Assembly (NCBI GenBank): GCA_045597685.1
Contig: JAZLKO010000008.1
Coordinates: forward strand, 3,097-67,096
Direction of reading: 5' to 3'
DNA length: 64,000 nt
From: Prevotella sp.
GTDB lineage: Bacteria; Bacteroidota; Bacteroidia; Bacteroidales; Bacteroidaceae
This document shows, piece after piece, positions 1 to 9,679 of the stretch. A program made the position numbers and the translations under genes. Positions within the stretch are counted from its first letter, which is position 1, and every line of letters begins with the position of its first letter. The notes beneath the pieces are model-generated. The model was not told the origin of the DNA. It was given only the letters and a program-made list of their open reading frames with translations, and did no database searches.

Positions 1-1094
1 TTTTTGTTTTGTTCTTGTTCATCCTTATCGACGTAGGTCTGTCCGTCATCCTCATATTTCTTCAAGAGACTAAGGGTAGGGTAGTGGTAGTTTTCAAGAT
101 CTTTCTTCGGGTCGAAAGCTTCCATTTGCTTGTTGCCTACCTGAACAAGAGTTGCACCATGGGCTTTCTCATAGTCTTGACCAACTTCAATCTGCATTTG
201 GGTATTTGTCACTGGTTGTGGGTCACCGGTTGTGGATTGTGGGTTGTGGGTTGAGGGTTGAGGATTATCGTTATCGTCAGAGTCAGTGTTATCGTTATTA
301 ATTATTGGTTGTTCCCATTCGATAATATTAGTTGTGGATTGTGGGTCGTCGGTTGTGGATTGTTGGTTATCGTTATCGTTATCGTCATCGTTATCGAATG
401 TGTCAGGGGTGTTTTCTACGACTTCAAAAGGTATGCGGTTGAACAGGTGTGATGGATTAAGTATGGTGCGAATGATGTTTATCGTGTTGATGCTGAGATA
501 AATTAGATATGCTATAAGTGTAAGTACGAGGATTCCTACCAGCCCTGGTTCACCGATGATATTCTGAACATAATCCATGATGTATTCGCCATGGTCTCCA
601 CCTGGTGAGAATGGTGTGGATTCAAAGAATGGTGACAAAAATTTTGCAAATGCAACAGAACTCCAGAGCATGAAAATCATCAATGTGAAGAAACTTTTTA
701 TCAGATTGATTTTATTGACTTTCATCAGTCGTAAGGATAATAAGATGATGAATACTGGGATGCAGAAAGCACCTATCCCGAAATATTTACCAATGAAATA
801 GTGGGCTGTATATGCTCCGAGTGACCCACAATAGTTTTGGAATACGTGTTTGGTGTTTTCCAAATCACCATCCTGCATATTGATGAGTGTGCTCTGGTCG
901 GCAAAACCAGTGGTAAAAAACGATATGAACGAAAGAATCATTATGATTCCGATGCAAAGCAACAGTATTCCTGTAAAGAAATTCAATTTCTCATTCTGGA
1001 AAAGACTTGTGCAACCTATTGCATCTAAAAAAGTGCTATTTGGCTTATTGCTCTTTCTTCGGCTTGGAGTTGATGAAGTTTTTCTTGATTTCAT
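1..1094 (-). CDS. ftsK: FtsK/SpoIIIE DNA translocase, N-terminal membrane domain and linker; runs off the left edge (not in the ORF track)
   Basis: Manual translation from ATG 1094: MKSRKTSSTP..., several hydrophobic segments, GGDHG, then AFDPKKDLENYHYPTLSLLKKY, typical of the Bacteroidetes FtsK linker/motor junction. Confidence 0.85.
   Translation of the reverse strand, partial: MKSRKTSSTPSRRKSNKPNSTFLDAIGCTSLFQNEKLNFFTGILLLCIGIIMILSFISFFTTGFADQSTLINMQDGDLENTKHVFQNYCGSLGAYTAHYFIGKYFGIGAFCIPVFIILLSLRLMKVNKINLIKSFFTLMIFMLWSSVAFAKFLSPFFESTPFSPGGDHGEYIMDYVQNIIGEPGLVGILVLTLIAYLIYLSINTINIIRTILNPSHLFNRIPFEVVENTPDTFDNDDDNDNDNQQSTTDDPQSTTNIIEWEQPIINNDNTDSDDNDNPQPSTHNPQSTTGDPQPVTNTQMQIEVGQDYEKAHGATLVQVGNKQMEAFDPKKDLENYHYPTLSLLKKYEDDGQTYVDKDEQEQNK
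213..396. repeat. Hexamer (GTTATC) and heptamer (GGGTTGT/GGATTGT) tandem repeats inside the ftsK linker
   Basis: Two blocks, 213-296 and 331-396, encoding DNDDDNDNDNQQSTTDDPQSTT and DNTDSDDNDNPQPSTHNPQSTT. Confidence 0.9.
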
Positions 1095-1117
1095 ATTTTT
1101 ATATGCGTATTTGGTTG

Positions 1118-1248
1118 CAAAGATAATGAAAGGTTGAAGGTTGAGGGTTGAGGGTTGAGGGTTTTTAACCTTTTTTATTAAAAAATCATAATTATCAATT
1201 GTCAATTGTCAATTGTCAATTAAAAAACGCAGTTTTTTTTTACTTTTG
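1118..1248. promoter_or_regulatory. Divergent promoter pair with a heptamer-repeat cassette between the -7 boxes
   Basis: TAnnTTTG on - at 1118-1125 and on + at 1241-1248; (GGGTTGA)n - AT-rich core - (CAATTGT)n between them. Confidence 0.7.
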
Positions 1249-1266
1249 CTGTGCCAATAGTATGTT

Positions 1267-1863
1267 ATGGATGCAAAGAAATTAAAGAAATGTATAGTTG
1301 ACTATGCTCTTGCAGAGTTTATTTCAAAAGGAATAAAGTCTGTAAAGATGGACGATATCGCCAAAGGTGTGTCAATATCCAAACGCACATTATATTTGAT
1401 TTTTCCTACGAAAGAGTCACTGTTGACATGTTGCATAGAAGAGTCGCGTGAGAAGCAGCATGCAGAAATGGTGAAGATTGATAATGAAACTAATGGTGAT
1501 GTAATCAGTATAATAGTTGGGATGTTGCATCTGCAAATGGATAGATTTTCCAAAATCAATCCGATACTTTATGAAGATATTCAAAAATACCCTGCAATAT
1601 TGAAAAAGCTTGAGTCAGAAGACAAAGAACAAGAGAAACGTATCTTGGCTTTTTTCAAACGTGGTGTTGCCCAGGGGGTATTTCGGAAGAATCTGAACTA
1701 CAAGATTGTTGCAGAACACATGCGAATACAGGCAAGAGGCATTATGGACTACAAAATGTATTTGCGCTATGAGATGGCTGACATTGTCAAGAATATGTCG
1801 ATGGTTATATTGCGCGGACTACTGACCGACAAGGGATTGGCTATTTATAAAGCAAATGTCTAA
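1267..1863 (+). CDS. TetR/AcrR family transcriptional regulator
   Basis: N-terminal HTH GIKSVKMDDIAKGVSISKRTLYLIFPTKESL. Confidence 0.9.
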   Translation: MDAKKLKKCIVDYALAEFISKGIKSVKMDDIAKGVSISKRTLYLIFPTKESLLTCCIEESREKQHAEMVKIDNETNGDVISIIVGMLHLQMDRFSKINPILYEDIQKYPAILKKLESEDKEQEKRILAFFKRGVAQGVFRKNLNYKIVAEHMRIQARGIMDYKMYLRYEMADIVKNMSMVILRGLLTDKGLAIYKANV

Positions 1864-4031
1864 ACACGTTCAACCACCCGAACTCCTTTTATTTTCTTGA
1901 GATTCTTTATTAGCGACTCTATCTTAGTTGTGTCATGGACTGATACTACCAAAGTGCCACTGAATAATCCGTTGTCGCTGTTGATGTTGATTGAGCGAAG
2001 CGACATTTTTTCTTCAACAACAATGTTTCGAGATATGTTGTTCACGATTCCAATATCATCCTTACCAATAATTTTCAGTGTGACATCGTAGAGCGAAGTA
2101 CCTTTTCCATTCCATCTGGCCTTTAATATTCTATAGCCAAAACGCTGTTTCATGTCAGTAGCATTTGGGCAGTTTTCACGATGGATTTTTATACCACCAT
2201 TGGCTGTGACGAAGGCAAAAATCTTGTCGCCGAATACTGGATTGCAGCATTTTGCCAACTGGTAATCAATGCCTTTGAGATTGTGGTCAATAATCAGTTC
2301 GTCGCTATTGTTGGATGAGTCAGTATCGTGAGTCTTGCTCAAATCGAAGGTATCAGCACTCACCTTGTCGTTGCTTTGTAAAGTGTTATCTCTTAGAGCG
2401 ATGTATTTGTCAATTACCTCGCTGACTTCAAGGTTCTTGTCGGCAATGTCTTTATAGAATGAAGTGACGCGTTTATAACCAAGTTTTTTGATGAGTTTCA
2501 TCATCAGCGATTCTTCGATGTCAATCTTATTGTTTTTGAATCGCCTTTCAATCATTTCTTTTGCAAGTGCGCTTTGCTTTACTTCCTGTTCCTTGAGTGC
2601 AAGGCGTATCTTGCTTTTTGCATGACTGCACTTGACAATCTTAAGCCATTCCAAACGTGGTGATTGCACACTTGATGTGATGATTTCCACCTCGTCTCCG
2701 CTACGCAGTTCTTGGCGAATGCTCACTACTTTACCATTTATTTTTGCACCTGTGCATTGGTTGCCTATTCGTGAATGAATGCGATAGGCAAAGTCCAATA
2801 TGGTTGAACCTTTAGGAAACTTAAGCAAGTCGCCTTTCGGAGTGAAAGCATAGACTTCTTCCTCGTCGAGTTCGATGCGGAACTGATCCATCAGCTGCAT
2901 GTCATCGTTGCTTTCAAGTGCTGCGCGTATGCCTGACAACCAATCTTCTATGCCATGACCACTCGTCTTGACACCTTTGTAGCGCCAGTGTGCAGCCAGT
3001 CCATGCTCTGCAATGTCGTCCATCCGTTCTGTACGGATTTGTACCTCGACCCATTTGTTGTCGGGTCCAAGCACTGTTATGTGTAATGACTCATAGCCAT
3101 TGGTTTTCGGGACGGATAACCAGTCGCGCAGACGGTTTGGGTTTGGCTGGTACATATCGGTAACGATGGAATAAGCTTGCCAGCACAGCATTTTTTCGGC
3201 TTTTTCTGGTGAATCAATTATGATGCGTATGGCAAAAATATCATAAACCCCTTCAAATTCACATTTTTGCTTTTTCATCTTCTGCCAGATGCTGTGTATG
3301 CTCTTTGTGCGGGCTTTGATATGGAATTTCATTCCTGCTTCTTCCAGTTTTGCATTAATAGGCTTTACAAACTGCTGTATGTACTGATTGCGCACTTCTT
3401 CGGTGTCGTGGAGTTTTTCCTGAATATGGAAATAAGGTTTTGGTTCAAGATATTTTAGGCTTAGGTCTTCCAACTCCTTCTTCAATGAATACAATCCAAG
3501 TTTATGTGCAAGAGGTGCGTAGAGGAATGATGCTTCACGTGCAACCATTGAACGGGCTTCGATGTTCTCAGTATCGCCAATACTGCGCATGAGGTTTACG
3601 CGGTCGGCGATCATGATGAGTATCACACGCATGTCGGCGGCAAAACTAATCATCAGATTACGGAAATTCTCTGTTTCCACTGATGTGTTTTTTTGGTATA
3701 GCTGGCTGATTTTATTCAGTCCATGTACGATATGAGCAACATCATCGCCAAAGTCGGTTTTTATATTGTCTTCTCCGTTGGAATCATTCTTGCATAAAGA
3801 GTAGAGTAATAGTCCAAGCAAGGCTTCGCGCATTACGCCTATTTCGGTAGCAAAGAGTTTGATAGTCTGCAAATTCATGATTATAGGGTCGAATCCGAAT
3901 GCGTCAGTGGCTGGCTCGTTCTGCATAAAATTATGAATATATTTCTTTAGCAGATTGTCAGTGTCTTGGTTATCACTCTTAATGTATGGTGCTACCTCTG
4001 AAATCAGGGTTTCTAATGCTTGAAGTTTCAT
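1860..4031 (-). CDS. relA: RelA/SpoT (p)ppGpp synthetase with TGS and ACT domains
   Basis: ARTKSIHSIWQKM, YDIFAIRII, PKTNGYESLH, EVQIRT, AAHWRYK, FTPKGD (TGS), C-terminal ACT. Confidence 0.93.
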   Translation of the reverse strand: MKLQALETLISEVAPYIKSDNQDTDNLLKKYIHNFMQNEPATDAFGFDPIIMNLQTIKLFATEIGVMREALLGLLLYSLCKNDSNGEDNIKTDFGDDVAHIVHGLNKISQLYQKNTSVETENFRNLMISFAADMRVILIMIADRVNLMRSIGDTENIEARSMVAREASFLYAPLAHKLGLYSLKKELEDLSLKYLEPKPYFHIQEKLHDTEEVRNQYIQQFVKPINAKLEEAGMKFHIKARTKSIHSIWQKMKKQKCEFEGVYDIFAIRIIIDSPEKAEKMLCWQAYSIVTDMYQPNPNRLRDWLSVPKTNGYESLHITVLGPDNKWVEVQIRTERMDDIAEHGLAAHWRYKGVKTSGHGIEDWLSGIRAALESNDDMQLMDQFRIELDEEEVYAFTPKGDLLKFPKGSTILDFAYRIHSRIGNQCTGAKINGKVVSIRQELRSGDEVEIITSSVQSPRLEWLKIVKCSHAKSKIRLALKEQEVKQSALAKEMIERRFKNNKIDIEESLMMKLIKKLGYKRVTSFYKDIADKNLEVSEVIDKYIALRDNTLQSNDKVSADTFDLSKTHDTDSSNNSDELIIDHNLKGIDYQLAKCCNPVFGDKIFAFVTANGGIKIHRENCPNATDMKQRFGYRILKARWNGKGTSLYDVTLKIIGKDDIGIVNNISRNIVVEEKMSLRSININSDNGLFSGTLVVSVHDTTKIESLIKNLKKIKGVRVVERV

Positions 4032-4035
4032 GATT

Positions 4036-4241
4036 GGTTGTATGTTATTGGTTGTATGTTATTGGTTGTGGGTTGTGGGTTTTCGTTGTCGTCAGTATGA
4101 GGAGTTAAGGAGTTAAAGAAGTTAAGGAGTTAAGACATTACCTGGTTCCTGAGCCTATCGAAGGAGAACCTTGAACTTTGAACCATTTTTTATGGTTATG
4201 GTTATGGTTATCGTTATCGTAGCGCAGCGTATCGTTATCGT
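4036..4241. repeat. Chain of different short tandem repeats in an operon spacer
   Basis: TTGGTTGTATGTTA x2, GGGTTGT, GGAGTTAA x4, REP-like CCTGAGCCTATCGAAGG (4148-4164), GAACCTT/GAACTTT, (G/C)GTTAT hexamers. Confidence 0.85.
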
Positions 4242-4733
4242 TCACTTATTTAGTTCGATTATTTCCAAATCCTTGAAACTGCTACCATCTATGGTCAGCC
4301 GGATGATAGTGCGCTGTTGCTGCCATCCACTCAGTCCAGCTGCTCCAGGGTTGATGTGCAGAAGATTCAGATTTTTATCATATTTTACTTTGAGGATATG
4401 AGAGTGTCCGCTTATAAATAGTTGTGGTGGGTTGCTGTAGATTTTATGTGCAATGCTGGCATCATACTTGCCAGGATAACCGCCAATATGCTTCATCAGC
4501 ACGTCAACATCTTCGCATTTCCAACGGAGTATTTCAGGATAGGTAATCCTCACATCACCACCATCAATATTGCCATGTACGGCACGTAGAAGACAGATTT
4601 CGTTTAATCGTTCTGCTACATCCATATTTCCTATGTCGCCTGCATGCCAAATTTCATCGCATTCTGCAAAGTATTTGGCAAACTTCTCATCCCAGAAGGC
4701 GTGCGTATCACTGATGATGCCTATTTTTTTCAT
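4242..4733 (-). CDS. YfcE-like metallophosphoesterase
   Basis: IISDTH, HAGD, GNID, GHSH, NPGA motifs; likely start ATG 4733 overlapping the upstream stop. Confidence 0.9.
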   Translation of the reverse strand: MKKIGIISDTHAFWDEKFAKYFAECDEIWHAGDIGNMDVAERLNEICLLRAVHGNIDGGDVRITYPEILRWKCEDVDVLMKHIGGYPGKYDASIAHKIYSNPPQLFISGHSHILKVKYDKNLNLLHINPGAAGLSGWQQQRTIIRLTIDGSSFKDLEIIELNK

Positions 4734-5347
4734 AGTAACACCTTCTTTATGTATTCTGCCAAAAACTCTGCTGTACCGTTGATCCCTAATGTGCAGGAGT
4801 TGATGCAAAGGTCATAAAAGAACTTATCGCCCCATCGCTGCCCTGTGTAATAATTGTAGTAGTTGGCACGTTTTCGCTCTGTGTCGTTAATAATCTTTTG
4901 GGCAGTGGCTTCATTACATTGCCTGCGTGCCATAACTTGCTGAATTCTATATGGCAAGTCGGCATAGATGAAAATGCGCACTTTTTGTTTCATTTCACGC
5001 AAGACGTAATCGGCACAGCGACCAACAAATATGCAACGTTTGTCCTGAGCCTGCTGAAGAATGGCGTCGCTCTGAAATTTGAATAGCGAGCCTTGCGATA
5101 TTTGTTCGTTGTAATAATTGGCATGTCCTATGATGGGCACTTTGTTGAAAAGCAGATTGTGCAGCTTTCCATGGCGTTCATCATGGTCAATAAATAGTTT
5201 TTCTGCAAATCCGCTATCTTTGGCGGCAAGTGTCAGGATTTCCTTATCAAAAAGCTGACAATCGAACTTATCAGCCAATATTTTAGAGATTTCTTGTCCT
5301 CCGCTACCTAATTCGCGACCAATTGTTATAGAGAAAACATCATTCAT
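4730..5347 (-). CDS. Cytidylate kinase-like family protein
   Basis: ITIGRELGSGG P-loop, FVGRCADYVL, YDLCINS. Confidence 0.88.
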   Translation of the reverse strand: MNDVFSITIGRELGSGGQEISKILADKFDCQLFDKEILTLAAKDSGFAEKLFIDHDERHGKLHNLLFNKVPIIGHANYYNEQISQGSLFKFQSDAILQQAQDKRCIFVGRCADYVLREMKQKVRIFIYADLPYRIQQVMARRQCNEATAQKIINDTERKRANYYNYYTGQRWGDKFFYDLCINSCTLGINGTAEFLAEYIKKVLL

Positions 5348-6692
5348 CTTGCTTGAATTTTTTTCTGTAAATAAAGAATATTATTGCAGTCATCACAGAT
5401 GCTAAAATATCTGATAGAGGGATAGCATACCAGATTCCGTTGAGTTTGAAAAACAATGGGAGAATAATCAGTCCTGGTAGTAGGAAAATCAGTTGCCGAG
5501 TGAGTGAAAGGAAAATGCTGATTTTTGCCATGCCTATGCTCTGAAAGAAATTTGTGGTTACCATCTGAAAGCCTATAATGGGGAATGTGCATGTGTAGAG
5601 AATCATTGCAGGAGTGGCAATGGCAATGAGTTCGGCATCATGAGTAAACAACTTAACACACGCTTCTGGGAAGCCAACTCCAACTATAAAGGCAACGATG
5701 CAGACAATTGTAGCCAGCCACATGGTGTAGTAATATACCTTCATGAGTCGCGGTATTTGTTGTGCTCCGAAATTATAACCTGCAATAGGCTGCATACCCT
5801 GATTTAGTCCCATAACTACCATAGCAAAGATAAATCCCACGCGGTTAACTATTCCGTAAGCCCCGACTGCAAGGTCACCACCATAATGCAACAGTCCCTT
5901 GTTTACAAAGATTACCACCAGACATGCGCAGCAGTTCATCAGAAATGGTGCCAGTCCGATGGAAAGAATATCTTTTACAACTCGACTGCGAAGTCCATAA
6001 ATTCCACGTTTGTAGCGTATTATGGTATTTGGATTCAGAAATATTCTGGTTTGATATACAAGGCAAATACATTGTGAAACAACGGTCGCAATAGCTGCTC
6101 CTCTTATTCCCCATTCAAAGACGTAAATGAAAATGGGGTCGAGAATTGTATTTATCGCCACGGTGAGGATTGTGCTATACATGGCAATTTTAGGCTTGCT
6201 AATTGAGCGCAACAAAGCATTCTGCCCGAAATAAATATGGGTGAAAACATTTCCGATAAGGATAATAACCATGTAGTCGCGTGCGTATGGCAAAGTGTTT
6301 TCTGTAGCACCAAAAAACTTGAGTATTGGGTCGAGCCATATCAGGCATACAGCCATGAATATCAAGCCAGTGATGATTTTTAGTGACAGGCAGTTGCCGA
6401 AAATCCTGTCGGCTACTGCGTAGTCTCTTTGCCCTAATCTGACTGAAAGAATCGTTGATGCCCCTACACCTACCATTGCTCCGAAGGCAGCACTAAGGTT
6501 CATCAACGGAAAAGTGATTGCAAGTCCCGAAATAGCCAGCGCCCCAACTCCATGACCAATAAAAATACTATCAACCATATTGTAGAGCGATGATGCCGTC
6601 ATCGCTATTATGGCTGGCATGGCATATTGCCACAGCAGTTTACCAATGGGCTTGGTTCCAAGTTCAAGAGTTGCCTGTTTATTGTCTGTCAT
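5340..6692 (-). CDS. MATE family efflux transporter (MepA-like)
   Basis: LYNMVDSIFIG, GIRGAAIAT, about 12 hydrophobic segments. Confidence 0.92.
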   Translation of the reverse strand: MTDNKQATLELGTKPIGKLLWQYAMPAIIAMTASSLYNMVDSIFIGHGVGALAISGLAITFPLMNLSAAFGAMVGVGASTILSVRLGQRDYAVADRIFGNCLSLKIITGLIFMAVCLIWLDPILKFFGATENTLPYARDYMVIILIGNVFTHIYFGQNALLRSISKPKIAMYSTILTVAINTILDPIFIYVFEWGIRGAAIATVVSQCICLVYQTRIFLNPNTIIRYKRGIYGLRSRVVKDILSIGLAPFLMNCCACLVVIFVNKGLLHYGGDLAVGAYGIVNRVGFIFAMVVMGLNQGMQPIAGYNFGAQQIPRLMKVYYYTMWLATIVCIVAFIVGVGFPEACVKLFTHDAELIAIATPAMILYTCTFPIIGFQMVTTNFFQSIGMAKISIFLSLTRQLIFLLPGLIILPLFFKLNGIWYAIPLSDILASVMTAIIFFIYRKKFKQDE

Positions 6693-7822
6693 CTGTTTTT
6701 ATACATATCGTCGTAGTACCGTTCATAGTCGCCAGAGACTATGTTGTCGAGCCAGTCTTGATGGTCTAAATACCAACGCACGGTTTTTTCGATACCTTCT
6801 TCAAACTGCAGACTTGGTTCCCAGCCTAATTCCTTTTGAAGTTTCGATGAGTCAATAGCATAACGTGCATCGTGGCCTAAACGGTCGGTTACGTATGTAA
6901 TGAGATTCATGTCTTCACCTTCTTCTCTACCCAAAAGGCGGTCAACAGTCTTTATTATCACCTTTATAATATCAATATTCTTCCACTCATTGAAACCACC
7001 GATATTGTAAGTCTCAGCAATTGTACCTTTATGGAAAATCAAGTCGATAGCCCTTGCGTGGTCTTCAACAAAGAGCCAGTCGCGCACATTCTCACCTTTT
7101 CCATACACAGGAAGAGGTTTTTTATTTCGTATATTATTGATAAATAATGGTATAAGTTTCTCAGGGAATTGATAAGGACCATAGTTGTTTGAGCAGTTAG
7201 TTACAATTGTAGGCATTCCATAAGTGTCGTGAAATGAACGAACAAAGTGGTCACTACTTGCCTTTGATGCCGAATATGGAGAGTGAGGCATGTATTTAGT
7301 ATCTTCATAGAAAAAATCATCTCCGTATGCCAAATGGTGGTTGCCACTTGATGCCTTTGTGGTGAATGGAGGCTGAATTCCTTCTGGATGCGTCATTTTC
7401 AGAGCACCATAAACCTCGTCTGTACTAATATGATAAAAGCGTTTGCCATCATATTTCTCAGGTAGCGACTCCCAGTAAATCTTTGCAGCCTGGAGAAGAA
7501 CCAAAGTTCCCATGACATTGGTTTGGGCAAAAGTGAAAGGGTCTTTGATGCTGCGATCCACATGACTTTCAGCGGCGAGATGAATAATACCATCTACTTT
7601 TTCGGTTTGTATGAGGTTGAACATAGTGTCGAAGTCGCAGATGTCAGCCTTTACAAATTTATAGTTCGGCATATCCTCAATGTCTTTCAGGTTTGCCAAA
7701 TTACCTGCATAGGTAAGTTTGTCAACATTGATAATTTTATACTCTGGATATTTATTGACGAATAGTCTGACTACGTGGCTGCCGATAAATCCAGCCCCTC
7801 CTGTAATAATAATATTTTTCAT
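6689..7822 (-). CDS. rfbB: dTDP-glucose 4,6-dehydratase
   Basis: ITGGAGFIGS, DKLTYAGN, AAESHVDRS, ISTDEVYG, YSASK, NNYGPYQFPEKLIP. Confidence 0.95.
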   Translation of the reverse strand: MKNIIITGGAGFIGSHVVRLFVNKYPEYKIINVDKLTYAGNLANLKDIEDMPNYKFVKADICDFDTMFNLIQTEKVDGIIHLAAESHVDRSIKDPFTFAQTNVMGTLVLLQAAKIYWESLPEKYDGKRFYHISTDEVYGALKMTHPEGIQPPFTTKASSGNHHLAYGDDFFYEDTKYMPHSPYSASKASSDHFVRSFHDTYGMPTIVTNCSNNYGPYQFPEKLIPLFINNIRNKKPLPVYGKGENVRDWLFVEDHARAIDLIFHKGTIAETYNIGGFNEWKNIDIIKVIIKTVDRLLGREEGEDMNLITYVTDRLGHDARYAIDSSKLQKELGWEPSLQFEEGIEKTVRWYLDHQDWLDNIVSGDYERYYDDMYKNR

Positions 7823-7933
7823 AAAAGATAAATTTTTGCAAAAGTAAGAAAAAACTACATTAATGAATTAATAATTAACAATTGATAATTAATAATTAGA
7901 CTTATTTAGTAATTGATAACGGACTATTCACCA

Positions 7934-9661
7934 TCAACCTTTCTTATACCAAAAAAAGTATTGTCGTTGGGCAAGTTTTTCTTTTTGAGAGCGCGCACTG
8001 AAAACTTTTTCCAGGGTGTAAGGATTCAGTCCTGTGTACCACATTTCGGTGGAAATTGTCATTGGGGTAGGGGTGAAATCCTGCACTTGCTCAAGGCGGA
8101 AGTTCAGGCGACGAGTGATTTGTGACAAGTCTTTCATGTCTCTTTCAGTACAACCAGGATGACTGCTTATGAAATAAGGTATCAACTGTTGCGGCAGACC
8201 AGCCCTGCGGCAAATCTCTTCAAACCAACGATTGAATTCATAGAAAAATTCAAATGAAGGCTTGCGCATGAGTTTTAACACATGGTCGGAAGTGTGCTCT
8301 GGTGCTACTTTCAGTCTGCCACTGACATGATTGCAAATCAGTTCGGTGGCATACTTATATCCATATTCCTTGTCGGCAAGCACAAGGTCATAGCGTACAC
8401 CGCTACCAACAAAACTTTTTTTGACTTTTGGATTTTTATCTACTTCCCGATACAATTCAAGTAGTTGCTGATGGCTGATATTCAGGTTTTTGCATATTGT
8501 AGGATGTGCGCATGACGGCCGTTTGCATTTTTCGCAAATGCTCTTGTCCTTGCCGCTCATTCCATACATGTTTGCCGATGGTCCGCCGAGGTCGGAAATG
8601 TAGCCTTTATAGTCAGGCATCTGGGTTATCCGCTCTATTTCTCGAAGAATACTTTCCTTGCTGCGGTTGACTACAAACTTGCCTTGATGGGCAGAGATTG
8701 TGCAGAATGCGCAACCTCCAAAACAACCTCTGTGCATAGTGATGGAATGCCGTATCATCTCGTAGGCGGGTATGCGCTTGTCTTTGTATTTCGGATGTGG
8801 CAGTCGAGTGAACGGCAAATCGTAAATTCTATCCAATTCTGCTGTTGTGAGCAATGGAAATGGTGGCTCTACTACCACGTATTTCTTGCCATTGTCGTTG
8901 ACCTCCTGTATCAGTCGTTGAGGATGCATCATGTTGGATTGCTCCTCAATAATGCGGATGTTTTCAGCTTGTTTGCGTTTGTCTTTCAGGCATTCCTCAT
9001 GCGACCAGAGAGTTATTGCTTCGTCTGTGGTCTGCTTGTCAAGTTGTTGGTAAATACGAGCTGTTTGTGGAATGGCATTTTTAATACCATTATCTTCTGC
9101 AATGGCTTTTGAAATGCTTACTATAGGCTTTTCTCCCATCCCATAAATAAGCAAATCAGCTTTGGAGTCAATGAGTATTGATGGGCACAACTTATCTTGC
9201 CAGTAGTCATAGTGCGTCAGTCTGCGCATAGAAGCTTCTATACCACCAATAACTACGGGCACATCAGGGAATAGTTCCTTCAGTATTTTTGTATAGACGA
9301 TAGTTGGATATTCTGGACGTTTGTCGTGTGCACCGTTAGGTGAATAGGCATCTTCAGAGCGCAAACGCTTGTTTGCAGTGTATTTGTTTACCATGGAGTC
9401 CATACATCCAGGACATACTCCGAAAAACAAGCGTGGACGACCTAACTTCTTGAAGTCGCGGAAGTCACCATGCCAGTCGGGTTGTGGTACGATTGCAACC
9501 TTGTAGCCTTCAGCCTCAAGCACTCTACCTATGACCGCTGCTCCAAAAGATGGATGATCCACGTATGCATCAGCTGAAAACAGAATTACGTCAAGTTCAT
9601 TCCATCCGCGTAGTTCGCATTCTTTCTTAGTAGTAGGCAGAAAAAGTTTCAAATCCATCAT
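7934..9661 (-). CDS. YgiQ family radical SAM protein (UPF0313)
   Basis: DAYVDHPSFG, RGCFGGCAFC (CxxxCxxC), KVAPEH, QVQDFTPTP; start taken at ATG 9661 because the longer 5' end lies in repeats. Confidence 0.92.
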   Translation of the reverse strand: MMDLKLFLPTTKKECELRGWNELDVILFSADAYVDHPSFGAAVIGRVLEAEGYKVAIVPQPDWHGDFRDFKKLGRPRLFFGVCPGCMDSMVNKYTANKRLRSEDAYSPNGAHDKRPEYPTIVYTKILKELFPDVPVVIGGIEASMRRLTHYDYWQDKLCPSILIDSKADLLIYGMGEKPIVSISKAIAEDNGIKNAIPQTARIYQQLDKQTTDEAITLWSHEECLKDKRKQAENIRIIEEQSNMMHPQRLIQEVNDNGKKYVVVEPPFPLLTTAELDRIYDLPFTRLPHPKYKDKRIPAYEMIRHSITMHRGCFGGCAFCTISAHQGKFVVNRSKESILREIERITQMPDYKGYISDLGGPSANMYGMSGKDKSICEKCKRPSCAHPTICKNLNISHQQLLELYREVDKNPKVKKSFVGSGVRYDLVLADKEYGYKYATELICNHVSGRLKVAPEHTSDHVLKLMRKPSFEFFYEFNRWFEEICRRAGLPQQLIPYFISSHPGCTERDMKDLSQITRRLNFRLEQVQDFTPTPMTISTEMWYTGLNPYTLEKVFSARSQKEKLAQRQYFFWYKKG

Positions 9662-9679
9662 TATGTTTACAATTAATTT

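Noticed and set aside
9-1137. Short + strand ORFs (9-254, 258-452, 286-501, 577-801, 837-1028, 850-1137)
   Set aside because: Antisense shadows of ftsK; the VIVIV/CGLWVVG peptides are just the repeats read on the other strand.
6689-7822. rfbB as the start of a polysaccharide locus
   Set aside because: No other rfb or glycosyltransferase genes are nearby; it heads a housekeeping operon.
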